From the NCBI GenBank assembly GCA_030141605.1, contig JAQGDQ010000118.1, positions 62,001 to 126,000 on the forward strand: a DNA stretch of 64,000 nt, written 5' to 3'. The position numbers were made by a program, and so were the translations under genes. Origin of the DNA: Tubiluchus corallicola. Lineage: Eukaryota > Animalia > Priapulida. The notes beneath the pieces were generated by a model. It saw only the letters and a program-made list of their open reading frames with translations. It searched no databases and was not told the DNA's origin. Positions 37,320-50,414 of this stretch are shown one piece after another. Within the stretch, counting starts at the first letter, position 1. Each line of letters begins with the position of its first letter.

Positions 37320-38919
37320 CACTGAATGCGGCTTTTATCTAAGCATCTCTCAAAAGTTTTTATACCAGCACAAATGCCTGAAAAATATTCACCAGCATGA
37401 ATTGTAAGACGGTTGTCTTATCTCATGAGTTCAAAAAATGATAGTGGGGAGGAAGAAAATTTTTTTAAAGCTTTGTGAATGTTTAAAGCTGAATCGCAGA
37501 ATGTTTAGAATCAGTTGAAATCAAAGTTTGCTTATTTTGCTATTTTTCACTAGTTAGCAGTAGCGTTTTAAATTTTTTAAATGCACATTTTTGCACTTTG
37601 TTTTTAGTGTCACATTACTAAATTATTGCATAATTATCAATTATCATACAGTTTCTTTTTTGTATTGTATGAACATGTTCTGATAATTATGGTATAAAGG
37701 GCAACACTACTCGGCCACTAATACGATAATTTGACAGAAAATGTGATAAATTTTTGCATCCTTGCCAAAACAATGATATAATTTTTGCAATTTACATTTT
37801 AAATAAAAAGTATGCTGTTATATGAGTGTGCCAGGTAAGTATATGAATGTACAAATTACCTAGGCGATTAGACAGAAAGCAAAGTATTTTTATTGTCAGC
37901 CTAATGAATTTTCTAAAATCATCAGTCCTTTGACAATATTTCTCTTGAGAATCTTTGATAGATGCATAGAGGGCAACTATAATCTGCTGCTTCTGCTGAA
38001 GTACTCACCTAAAACACAAAAATAAGAAAAACTTGTCATATCATTTGAGTTAGTATTAAAGACCTAGCCACGCACTTTACCACAAAATTCATCGAAAACA
38101 CGTTTTCTGAATGACATGTGACTTGCATATTTCGGTGATATTTATTTTAGCCTAAGTGCAATTAGAATGTATTTTGAAGTACAAGGTGCTCTCCTATCAG
38201 ACTAGGATGGCAAAGGTAACAGCTAACTAATCATGGTATCTTGGCAAAAAAACTAAGACAATGTTAAGTCTGTAAATGGATGGGTGAAATCCTGGAATGT
38301 AACAGCCTTGCCTGATATATGCGTGCCATCACGGTTCAGTCTAGTATAGGCATGCCAACATAGTTCAAGCAGCACTCAGACTGTCCACAACAAACAAATA
38401 AAAAAAAGTAATAGGCAATCAAATATGTGACATAAAAATGGTAATGCAACATACTTAAACCAGCACTATTACACTGCCTACGTTTTTCTAGGCCATTATT
38501 TGTTGACACGCTTGTAGGCCACAAAACAGACCAGCAGGCATAACATATGGCAATTTTAGGTAATATTATAAGTTTTTAGGCATTACAATTCCTCACTAAA
38601 GTTATTCAATACTTACCACAAACAGGCAAAAAGTGCCATGTGAATAACTATTTATACACTAACGCCCAGTCGATTGACATATGGAGCCCATAACCTGTAT
38701 TTTTAGTTTCATTATTGCTACGATCGTAATGAGTTACAACCACAGGAGTTTGTAATGTACAGGCTTACAAATCTATTTTAAAAATGCGTTAGCTGGTGAA
38801 CTGTAATAAAAAATAAATAGCTTTCAAAATTAAAATTATGTATGTTTATTTTTTATTGTATTTTTCCTGCAATTTTTTACTAATATTATTAGGCGACATC
38901 ACAACCACCTATCAAGCAA

Positions 38920-39170
38920 AACTATCACCATCATTACTACCATCACACTACTACCACTAGCTTCTTGTTCTTTTTCTTGCTGTCTTGTTCTTGTAGATTT
39001 TTCTTTGTTTTTTTTTCTAATTCGCCTTCGGCTTGTGTTTTTTTCTGTTCTTGCTACTGTTCTTTACTCGTCATGATCACTGTCATCATCATCATCTTTA
39101 CCGTAGCCATCTTTAGTCACTGTTGTTGTTCTTCTTTTTGTTGTTTCTTGGTCTGCTCCTTTTTCACTTG
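38920..39170. repeat. Low-complexity trinucleotide tract (CAT/CTA then TTC/TTG)
   Basis: Decayed microsatellite; gives spurious F/C/S-rich ORFs. Confidence 0.75.
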
Positions 39171-39714
39171 GAGTGTTGAAGGGAAAATATTATTTGTTAG
39201 TTTTGTTAAGAAATTATGGATAAAATGGACAATAATTTGTCTCAAAATTAAAAGAAAATGGCATCGCGGAAACAGTACATCTCACTTGGCTGATGCAACC
39301 GTTAGGTTGTCTTGGGTGGCATGATGCTGACATCACGATCACTTCAAGTTGTATGGATGCTAGTAGCGAAGTCGTGCAACACAGTAAGCGACCCAAAGTT
39401 AAACGAAGACAGAATTACTACACAGAGAAGCACCTCAGAAATGTTACGAGAAAAACACTGCATGAACCAAGGACAAAGAGAGAAGCTTAGCAGACACTGA
39501 ACAATATGCCATAGATATTTAATAAAGAATATTTCATACACAAATACATGTACTCAAGAGATATGATCCTGAATGTAATCTATATTCTATATGCAGTGAT
39601 GTACAGACTTGAATAAACTTTCTTCTCATATTGCTCCTCAGGTTTCGGTCACATGCCAAAGATTGTCTTTTGAGAGATATCCCAAAACAAAACAAACAAA
39701 AAAGGAAATCACTT

Positions 39715-39935
39715 TAATCTTCTTCTTGTTGTTGCCACTGTTTTGTTGTATTGTTCCTTCTTCTTCCTCCATTTCTTCTTGTTCTTCTGATTGTTCTTGT
39801 TTGTCTTATTGTTCCTATTCTTTTTCTTCGTGTTGTTCTTGTTCTTCTTCGTCCCCTTGTTCTTGTTCTGCTTCTTCCTGTTGGTGGCAACGATGATCAT
39901 GATGGTGGTGGTGGTGATGGAGATGACGATGAAGA
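39715..39935. repeat. Low-complexity (TTC/TTG)n then (GAT/GGT)n tract
   Basis: Decayed microsatellite; spurious S/C-, K/N- and L/V-rich ORFs in three frames. Confidence 0.8.
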
Positions 39936-41237
39936 CTGTAACATAATCATGGCAGCGCTGATAGGGAAAAGAACAAAGGTGTTTGTGAAAATAATGTTCA
40001 GTGATGGATGATAAGGATACAATTGCTGGCCAAATTAAGCCATTTTCAACTGTTCATTGCCATTAAATACTTTGCTTGTAATACAGTAACTTCATAATAT
40101 ATAAAATAAATAGGTTTTAAAAACTGCAGCATCTCTGAAAATGCAGTTGACATTTAAAATTAATTTGTGCATAGGCAGTGTAGGCCTAAAATGCAATATG
40201 CACAGGCCTACTATCCCATAATTCCTGTACCATTTTGCAAATTTGTTGCCACTTGGTTGCTACATAGACAGTGTCTCTTCAAAGGACTAATCCAGAATTT
40301 TAATTTTCAGGCTCTTGAATGTAGTCAGTTCCAAATTAACTGACCTGTGCAATCAATGTTTTAGGTGACTAATGACAACAAAATTTATCATTGACTTGAT
40401 TTTACTACTTTAAACATGCAGTATTAACTTTTTAAACAATTACAGGTCTCTTCCTTTGATAATTTGTTAGCATTTAATCACAAGTTAACTTAGAGAAAAG
40501 CACATTTTATTCTTGCCAAAGTGCAGTCGTAAGTTTGCAGCAAATATACAATGAAAATTATTACTATTAGTTTTGATGCTCACATGCATAGATACTAAAT
40601 AGGCCTTACTCTTATTTAGCATGTCTTTTTAAATTAGGCCCTGATGGTCGATAACGTATTACAAAATTCGACGCCTGAGCACACGCATGAGCATGATAGT
40701 GAACTAACTGCATATCGTGCAACTGTACGAATGCGAATAGTACGCAATTATTTGTAAACTAATTAACATACTAAATATAGGACTAAATTATCACGGAAAT
40801 TATCAGAAATATTCACACATGACGTAAAACTAATAGAACAATGACCTACAGGCGTATAAACAAATCATAACCTATAAAAAAACGAGATGCAAAAGTGTAA
40901 CAACGCCACTTAAACCTAGGTCTACATAATTGTTTCCAATTTTACAGCTGAAGTTAGTTACTTTTTCTGACACAATTGTAACTAGTATTTTTTTATGTTA
41001 CTATAGCCAACCAAGCATTTTACTGGAGCTTACTCAACAATGATAAATAATGCACAGACTTTTTGTATCTTTTCCAAGACCTAAAAATCATAACGGCACA
41101 AAATATTGGTACTTGGGCACAGGCGCTAAGTCACGTGGTCTGCCGCAATAGTGAAGTTCTTGTTTTTACCACTTGGTGTTCTGATGTAGCCATTGTAACC
41201 ATTATGAGGTGAGTAGTAATCATTATGTTGTAACCAT

Positions 41238-41556
41238 TAAGAGGTGCACATTCTAGAAAGCGAATTCGAACCGAACTCCAGTATTTTGAATTGAGATTGG
41301 AACAGTTTCGAACAAGTTTTCGAACCACCAGTTCAAAAATAATACAATTATTCGATTTTGTTCGTGTAGTAAAACCAGTAATAATTTGTGTAAATTGTGA
41401 ACAGAAATCACATCTAAATTATGCTAACTGCACGATGTTTCAATCGTTTTAATGATAAAGACCGTATGTGGTTAAAGTGCTGTATTATTTGAATTTATAT
41501 TTTTAGGTTCGATAAGAATTTGAACATTTGCACTCGAACGTTCTATGCTCATCATT
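41238..41556. mobile_element. Older, decayed copy of the TTCGAA-rich hAT MITE at 42166-42574
   Basis: Colinear blocks CAGTATTT(T/C)GAATTGAGATTG, CAAGTTTTCGAACCA, ACAGAAATCACA, GTTTCAATCGTTTT, ATGCTCA shared with the second copy. Confidence 0.75.
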
Positions 41557-42165
41557 TACGATCATCAGTAACGAGCAGTAACCATTTACGATTAACATTC
41601 CATCGATTTAACCTTGTTTTTCAAACTACTACACAAACAATAATATAAGAAATTAATGTTCTTACACTGCCTTATAAATTCTGACGATAGGACAATGGCA
41701 AGAACGGTTTTAATGGATAAAAAAACAAAAAAAGCTAAAAATGTTATTATAAAGAGATTGAAATCATAATGTTAACACCGCACATCATTTCTGATCTGAA
41801 AAATTGAAAAAAGAAAATATTCCAATGGCATTCTTCATTTCTGCCCATCTTTTTCTCTTCTCTCTTTCTTTCAATCTTTCCAACTGCATGGCACTATTCC
41901 TTATTACAGAATGTGGGCAGAACTATCAGATTTTTTGAAAACATTTTCAAACATGAATTAATAACATGTCAGACTATACTAAATAATACTGAGCCTTGTT
42001 ACTAAGTCGTATTAAAATTATGAACTAAAATTAAAAAAGTAGTTTTGTTTCAAGATTGATGGTATGAACTATGTAAAAACTTGTCATTCACACTTTGAAT
42101 AAAATGTTAATATACTTCTTAGTATTATTGTTCTCTGTATGCAGATAGTAATTATTAGTGATATC

Positions 42166-42574
42166 TAGATGTGAGCATTCTCTACCAGAAAGTGAATTCG
42201 AATAGAATCGAATTTGTGACTTTCGGATTCAAATCAAAACGAACTTCAGTATTTCGAATTGAGATTGAAACGTTTTCAAACAAGTTTTCGAACCATCAGT
42301 AAAAATTTGTCTTACAAAGATCATTCATATTACTCGATTTTGTTCTGATAATTTGTTTAATATTGTGCACAGAAATCACAGCTAAATTGTGCTAACTGCA
42401 TGGTGTTTCAATCGTTTTGGTGGTAAAGAACGTTTGTGATTGAAGTGCTGAATTATTCGAATCTATAGTTTTAGCTTCGAATCGAATTCGAACTATAAAA
42501 ACTCGTTAGAATCGAATTCGAACGTTCGAATTCAATTCGAACGTTCGAACTTGAACGCTCGATGCTCACCACTA
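42166..42574. mobile_element. hAT-type MITE with TTCGAA/TCGAA subterminal repeats
   Basis: Ends TAGATGTGAGCAT / ATGCTCACCACTA; perfect 8-bp TSD GTGATATC (42158-42165, 42575-42582). Confidence 0.85.
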
Positions 42575-43094
42575 GTGATATCTGCCAGGAAAACAAAAAT
42601 AAACATATCAGGCCCGAGATCTGTGATATACCAATGCAAGTGTGGCAAAAAGAACACAGCAACCAAAATTCTAAAGTTTTACTATACTACATATCCGTGA
42701 TGCCCTAGCAGTCGAGCACTTGTTCGTTGTGTTATCAAAATATTTGTTTTTATTTTTATTATAATGCTTTGTGATCATTGAGAAAAAATAATAAAAAAAT
42801 CTTTGTCAATTTGTTCTTGAACAAAGGAAATAGCCGCAACGAAAAACTTAATTACAACTGCAATAATCGATGTTCATAGACGTTCAGGGCAGATGAAAGT
42901 GATTTGGCATGCTAGCTGTCACATCTGCACGTCCATGTGAGAAACATGGTCGACGATGTTGTAGGTCGTTAAATTTAATTAATTTTTCGCGTCTGCATGC
43001 ACAGGAATTAACTTTCGAAAAATACGTTAGCTCACAAAAGCTCTTTGACTTCACGTCTTAGTATGAAGCTGCAGATGCCCAAGTTAACGTAATC

Positions 43095-46000
43095 ATGTCT
43101 TTGCAAAACGTGAATTTCTCCTTTAAGATAGGCGTAGGCGTTTTTGCAAGGAAAACGTCGTGCCCTAGGTTCTATTCAGTGCAAGGACAGGGAGCTAAAG
43201 AAAGACGTAAAACAATTTCCGGCTTTTACAATCACACAGCAGTCGATATCGCAGCTTCAAAGGTACTTTTGCAGTGCTGATAATAATGTTGTTGTATTTG
43301 CTTTTTTAATTTAATGAACTTTGACTGTACAGGTTTTGAACATGGACATTGAACTCTTTCATTTATTCATTTAACTTCAATTATTCGCCAGAATGACGAA
43401 GGAATTTCATCTTTTATAAAAATAGCTCCATTTCAAATTCAGTGTGCAAATTGTGTAGTTACTGCAATGTGAATATTTTCAGTCATATCTTTCCTTTGTT
43501 GTATAATTTCATCTGTGTTCCTGAATTTACTTTGAAAATTTATTTAAAATAATGGTCATGCTTTGATGTACAATAATGTATCTCTTTAAATTTGGCTTTT
43601 AATTTTTTCTTTTAGCCATCTGTTCGACTGACACCAGCTACCATGCTGTATGCTGGGAAAATTCCAGATGGAAGTCATCTTTTGGTAAGATACCTATTTT
43701 GTACAAACTAAATTGCATACATAGAGAGAGAGTACTTTGTAATTTTGCATAGTATTAATGTAAAATTTTCATTATGTGGTTTGGTGTATTCGCACTGTTT
43801 GTTGCAAACTATCCTATTTTTGCACCATCAGACCGTGCGACATGTTTAAGACTTGGTTTTACCATTTTTTCTATAATCGTGTTTGACGACAGGATACTGT
43901 GAACCACTGAAGAATTTTTGCAAGTATTACACAATTCATTGATGTAACTTTATATCAATTCTACTCATATTGTAACGGCCTCATAATTGCTGTTGCAATT
44001 AATCAATTTTATCGAAAGTAAATCAACTGTGGCATTCAACTAGCGCTCACTCGTAAATTAACGTGATCAATGATTGCTAATACAGTAAGAGTGAGATTTT
44101 GCACACTTCACCACCAATTTCTGTATTTAATTAACCATAGCACAGAGATCCTAAAGTGTCAATTAGAGATAAAGCAAAACATACAAAGTGAAATAACAGC
44201 CAAGAGCTTAATGTTCTAAAATTTCATAGAAATGCAACACTACTAATTATTAGGATCGATTGTCAGTTAACAGTCGTCAATTGCATTTGAAGATTGAAGA
44301 TTGATCATAGAAATGAGACTGATTCCCAACACTGTTAGTGGGGCAGCTAAGGTTATATACTAAAAGAACTGTGCATTTATTGACTAAAGCATGAAATGTT
44401 TTCCAGAGTTTTAATAGACCATAAAGTTCATTTTTAAATGTGGCGGCATTTGAGATTTGACCTCTGGGACTAGGTAAAGGGCAAAGACTTTCAGGCTGTC
44501 AAATTATTATTTTTTCTTATTTTTTCAGAGACATGACGGAAATTCTCAATGTTAGTGTTTTATGTTAACTATACACTGTGTCCAAACAAAGTCAAGTTAA
44601 TGTTTATGAGTTTTGGTTTATATTTTTCTTTTGGAAAAAATGCTGGTTTATGAGAAAAATCTGATTTTAGGATTCTCTGTTATACAAAAATTAGTATGAA
44701 TTTGTAGAAACAGGCAAAGTGTAAATGTTATGTGACAGCATTTATATAGCTTCTTTGTTGATTGTGTATGCAGAGAAGTGCCCAGTACTTGCACAAAGAG
44801 CTTCCGGTTAGAATTGCGCATCGTATTGCTGGATTTCGTGGTCTGCCTTTCATCGTTGGATGCAATCCCACAATTCTTCATGTACACGAGATGTATATTC
44901 GAGCATTTCAGTTGTTATCAGAATTTCCCATGGTATGATTGTTAGTAATATGTTGGTTTGTAGAATGTATTATGAATGTAGTTATCAAGTAAAATGAGAA
45001 CAATGTTGATCTGAACCTCACATTCTTCTCTCTTCGAGTGGCACTTATCTTTGTTAGGATACTTATCTAAATATGAGCACTGTATTTCTGTAGCACTTGC
45101 TATATTTACCACTTTATGCTAAACTTTGTGGGTAATTAGGGGTTTTAAAATAGATTACAGACTTCGAAATAGAAGAAAAATATACCAATATGTTGAAACG
45201 ACTTTTGGACGATCATCGAGATGTTGTAACGATGCTGGCTGAAGGTTTTCGAGAATGCAGAAAACATATTCAGGTATTACCTAAACCCTTTCCTTTAGAC
45301 GAAATGCTTAGTTCTTGGGGTCTTGTCTAGTTGTTTTAGGCAAGCTTGTCATCACTACTGCAGGTACCTTCCTATTGATTGCTAACACTGTGAGAAAATA
45401 GACTGATAGGTTCTGTATTTGCAAATAATTATGTATATCAATAACTTGACCTGTCAACTTTTTGAAGAAAAATGCATCGAATAAGTTAAATGCTCCGAAT
45501 GAGTTAGGTATTTTCACGGCTCACTATTTACTAATATTTTATTCAAATTGTGTATGTCAGTTTTTACCCGAGTTTCGTAGTATCTATATTGACAGCTTAA
45601 CAACTTTAGTATTATCATAATTAATTAATGATTTAATGAAGTTTTGTAACAAGGCTTAAAATGATTTTGAATATTGTGGCACTGCTAATTCAAATTTGAA
45701 ACTGTTTGAACAAAATGTGATAATTGAGCCCACATTCTGTAATAGGAAATCAGAGACGTAGCAAGGTGGAGATGACAGGGGGCAAGGGTGAGAGGCCGCA
45801 GAATTCTTCTAGAGGATGAGGGGTCACAAGTCAAACTCGGGGTGATTCTTAGAAAAAAAATTTTTATCTTTATCCCATCATTTCAAAAAAGGAAAGTCGG
45901 GTTCTGAGATGTGACTTCACCCATGAAACATATAATCAAAACATTAAAAGAGTAGGATGCCAGAAGTTTTTTTGCCCCTGGGTACCACAAGCACTTGCTA

Positions 46001-49000
46001 TGCCACTGTAAGAAATGGTACCATTTGGGAATGTTGAAAAAACGAGAAGAGAAAAAGATGGAGAAAATGAAGCACACCTTTGGAATATTTTTGTTTCCAA
46101 TCTTTCAAATCAGAAATGATCTGTGGGCATGTACATTATGTTAATATCAGGTATTTATGTCTATGTTTCTTCAGGATGAGACAATGGTGCGGCAATTTCT
46201 GAACCGTACATTAACATCTCGTCTAGGCATTCGCATGCTGGCTCAGCATCACTTGAATCTTCATGAAGATATGGTAAATGTTAAAATGTCTTTTTATAAC
46301 ATTAAAATTTTTTGTATTTTTTAAATTTTTTTATTGCACTGTTTAGTGTAATTATTCTATGTGAGACTAATTTTGAAACCAACTTCAACGTGTACTCAAA
46401 ATTAGTTTGTGTTAGACTAATTATCCATGCAGACTAATTTCATAGAATTTTTTCATTCCAAATGAGGATTATTTTCAACGAAATTTAAATAACAGGAACA
46501 GTGTTTTCCTTCTCAACCAGATTCTTCTTCAGCAGATTAAAACTCAGAGCTAGAAGTTTCTTTATCAACCATCTTGCCACTGCACTCTTTTTGTAATTTG
46601 CTATGATTTTCTGCAACACGGGGGCACAGTTGCCGTCTACATCCAGTGCCACGTCAGTGTGTATCATTGCCTTCCTGGCAAAAGTTATTTGTCTTGCTAA
46701 ACATTTGGTGCAGTAACAGAGTCAGCTGTTAGATTGCAAAATCCTTTGTTTTATGTGTGTTCAAGACTTGTGCTGCACAGACCAGCTTATGCTATTTTTG
46801 AAATACAGACTAATTAAATACCGGAAAAAGGTACAAGTGCACTTTAAAATTAGTCTGGTGACACTATTTTTCCACACAGACTAATTACAAAAAACAGTGT
46901 AATTGCTTCTACTTGACTGCATCAGTAACAAAACATCTTATTAGAAATATTTATAGAACATACTATCATGGTAAATCACAGATCTTGCTACACACTATTG
47001 CACACACATAACTGTGTTGCATTGATGGTAATTCAAGTTGCATGATTTTCATCTGTTTGTTGTATCATTACAGTATGTTGCAAATGTGTTTAATTTTTAA
47101 ATTTAATTTTCTGTAGACAAACTATGTTGGAATCATCTGTGTAAACATGCAGCTGAAAAAAGTGATTGAAAACTGGGCTGACTTTGCAGCGTAAGTTCGT
47201 ATATTTATGCAATTTTCTTGAAAAATAATGTTTTCCCTTTCAATATTTTATAGGGTGCTTTGAGCAATGGGTTAAGATTGGGTCTGGTTTTCCTTTAAGT
47301 ATTAGCTTAGAAAATTAGTTTAACAACTTGTTAATATAGCTAATCATGACATCACCGTCGTCATAGTTTTCTAATGGCAGGAGTCTTCCTTGTAGGTCTT
47401 GTACATGTTCCTGAAAGCAATAAATGCTTTACTGAGGTAATGCTTTGCTAGGCTACCCTTATGACATTATTTATTAATGTATTATCCCTTTTTACAAGTT
47501 TTGTTTTTTAACTTTTATTATATCATTCTGTAAGCCATAACTGGCAACTTCTGTTAACATTTTTTTCTTTTTTTATTGAAAAATGTAATAAATTGTGGAT
47601 GTAAAACAATGACTTCTATGCTTGATAAGAATCTTTTTATATGTGATGGTGATGCCTCGACAAATTGAACTCAATTAAGGTATTTAATGTTGTAACATGT
47701 TCTTGACAGTTTTTGTCTAAAACTGGGCCAATTTAGTGATTTGTAAATGCCTTTATACAAATGTAAGTACTTACTATATGTATACTATATAAACTTAATG
47801 TAACTTTTTCAAGAAATCATACAAACTAAAATAAAACACAGTATTTCTAAATGGCCATCTTAGTAACCCAACAACACTGGGTCATTTATAATCGAATTAC
47901 TGAACCTTGATCCTGCTTTGAGCTAGTACATTACTTTATTTAACAATGAAGGGATATTTAACACCAAAAAAGTCTAGCTTTTAAATTTGCATTCAGAGAT
48001 AGACTGTATGATCTGTGCACTTTGGTTAGTAAAGATAATATCTGACAGGAAACACCTGTTCTCTTCTCACTACTTAGTTGATGTTTTGCTATGTGCCTTT
48101 GCTGTACTATAAGATTTGCACTGAATTTTATAATCCTTCAAGTAACAAGACACGATTGAATAAATAATTATCTCCACGAACATTTCTAATTGTATCATGT
48201 GATAAAATTCAACTGACAATACTAGGTAGTAAATCAGTGACAGTATTTTTTGTAGCACCAGTTCATATTCTGTGTTTTAAATGATCATCGCTCATGAATT
48301 ATAAATTATTTTTCCAGCAAAGTGTGTGAGCATCGTTATGGCAGGATGCCACCTGTTCACATAAACGGTCATCTGAATGCCCAGTTTCCTTACATTCCTC
48401 AGCCTCTTGATTACATCCTACCAGAGTTGCTGAAGAATGCAATGAGGTGAATAAACATTTACTGGTTAAATTAGTTTCTTAATGTTATTATTGATTTGTG
48501 TTCGTTTACTTACGTATACTCACCGATACAGCTTTTGCAGTATATAGTATAGCTTCAAAGTTTTTTGCCTTATTTTTAGAGCTACTGTAGAGAAGAATGC
48601 TGACTCTAACACTCTGCCACCTGTCACAGTTACTATTGCTGTAAATGATGTTGACTTTGTGATAAGGTAAGAAACATAGATATGTCTGTTATAATGGCTT
48701 TTAGTGTATACTCATTAACTTTTACATGACCTTTACACCTTTCTTTGGACTGCTGGTGAGTTCAGTGCGATTATTTTTTCATTGTTAGCTTTTTCTTAAA
48801 GGCCTATATAACCCTAACGGACATTGAGTTTTTTTAATGTATTACTATGATTACACAAAGAATTCATAGTTATTATTAAACAAAAGAAACTTTTAAATTA
48901 AATAACCTTCCTTTTTCTGGCGAATTTCGAATGCGTGCATTGCCGTAAAGATCGCCATGTTTCGCGTCTTTCGGTTAGTAGGTTCGGTCGGTTAATTGGG

Positions 49001-50414
49001 TCAAAACACTTCGGTCCCAAAGTGAGTCTATTAAGCAGCGCCTACTGTACTTATAGTTAGAAACCAGTTAAAAAAGACACAATACTAATACATAGTATGC
49101 TGTCATTTCATAAGAATGCAGAACAATAAACTAAACATATGTTTCATCAATGATCTACAAGAGATTTTGTGTGAGAACATAACATACAGCACAGTATTGT
49201 GGAATGCACCTGGCTTCAGATGCTGATTAGCTGGTTAACGTTACTTGTAAACCTTACGCTGGTTGCGTAACAACCCCAATCCCACGGCTGTTTTCAACAA
49301 CGTTTTTGCATGTCCCTAGCAGCCCTGGGTGACTGCGCCTAGTGCTGAGCTTGGGCTGCAGTCTACCGCCTTCCGTCCCTTGCATGAAAAACATAGGCGG
49401 CACTGTGCTGCCTTCCATAGTGAAAGGGTTAAATTTGCTTTACTACCTACACAAATTGCTTACCTTGGTTTTTCCTTTGAACCTGTCTCCACTACATAAT
49501 TTTCTATAAATAAATAAATAATGGCTTTTACGAAAAAGTCACACCACTAGCAGTAAAACTGAATGCAAAGTGTGAATACAATAAAAATAGAAAAAAGAGT
49601 ACAAAAGACACACAAGAGACATTGCTTGCAAGATAAAAATTTGGAGAAATGACATCACAAAGTCAGTAAAACAGTTTAAAACCGATTGCGACAATAAAAT
49701 TTTTAAATCTTTTCACTATAATATACAAAGTAGTTCCTTATTACTATTTATGGTTGCAATGACAACAGGCACTGCTAAACATTTGTAATGTTCTGTTCGA
49801 ATTTTAGGCATGACTAATTCTGCTTCTAATATAACGGCATGATTTTTATTGAACAAATAAACGAGTCTCAACTATATTGCCAATGTATCATTCTTTTAAC
49901 CGTGATAAGCTTTTTGTTTTCTTACATTTTTTATCTTTAGGTTTTTTTGTTATTTCTGAGCTGATGCATTTTTTACCTACTAGGATCTCTGATCGCGGGG
50001 GAGGAATACCACATGCTTTTATAGACCGTATTTTTGATTACCACTTCACAACAGCTGGAGAAACGGCCATTGACCAAGCCGATGATGGTGGATTTGGAAC
50101 CATCATGGAGTTATCAAATCCAAGTCCTGGTGCCGGGCCGATGTATGGGTAGGTATCAATATCGAGTTTAAATAAACTACTCACTTACTTACATACTTAA
50201 GAATTAAGACATATGAGGTAGGGAGTTCTATGGCTGAGTAAATTACCTTCGTTGACCCTTTTTTTGTAGGTTTGGATTTGGACTTCCGACGTCAAAAGCT
50301 TATGCCGAATATTTGGGTGGAAGTCTTCGTGTGGAGACGATGCAAGGCATTGGCACTGATGTATTTCTACGATTACGTCACATTGACGGCAAACACGAAA
50401 GTTTTCGTATCTAG
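43095..50414 (+). CDS. BCKDK: Branched-chain ketoacid dehydrogenase kinase, mitochondrial, 404 aa, 10 exons
   Basis: Exons 43095-43262, 43616-43684, 44774-44932, 45154-45273, 46175-46273, 47117-47190, 48318-48446, 48580-48666, 49984-50148, 50270-50414(TAG); 1215 nt in phase. [55 protein letters not shown]-terminal [11 protein letters not shown]; basic N-terminal presequence. Confidence 0.96.
45751..46008. mobile_element. hAT-type MITE in BCKDK intron 4
   Basis: TIRs CAGAGACGTAGCAAG / CTTGCTATGCCACTG; flanks TAGGAAAT / TAAGAAAT (7 of 8, TSD). Confidence 0.8.
46337..46899. mobile_element. Tc1/mariner (pogo-like) deletion derivative in BCKDK intron 5
   Basis: TIRs CACTGTTTAGTGTAATTATTCT / AGACTAATTACAAAAAACAGTG, TA at the right flank, repeated subterminal AGACTAATT. 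Confidence 0.65.
48983..49047. mobile_element. Solo right end of the pogo-like family at 9781-10702
   Basis: GTCGGTTAATTGGGTCAAAACAC...GGTCCCAAA...AGTCTATTAAGCAG(C/T)GCCTACTGTA matches 10642-10704. Confidence 0.75.

Noticed and set aside
38965-40011. Cys/Ser-rich, Lys/Asn-rich and hydrophobic ORFs (metallothionein- or membrane-protein-like)
   Set aside because: Translations of trinucleotide microsatellites.
42470-42560. Heat-shock element array
   Set aside because: Repeats are mostly TTCGAA without the 2-nt spacer; only isolated GAAnnTTC pairs; explained as MITE subterminal repeats.
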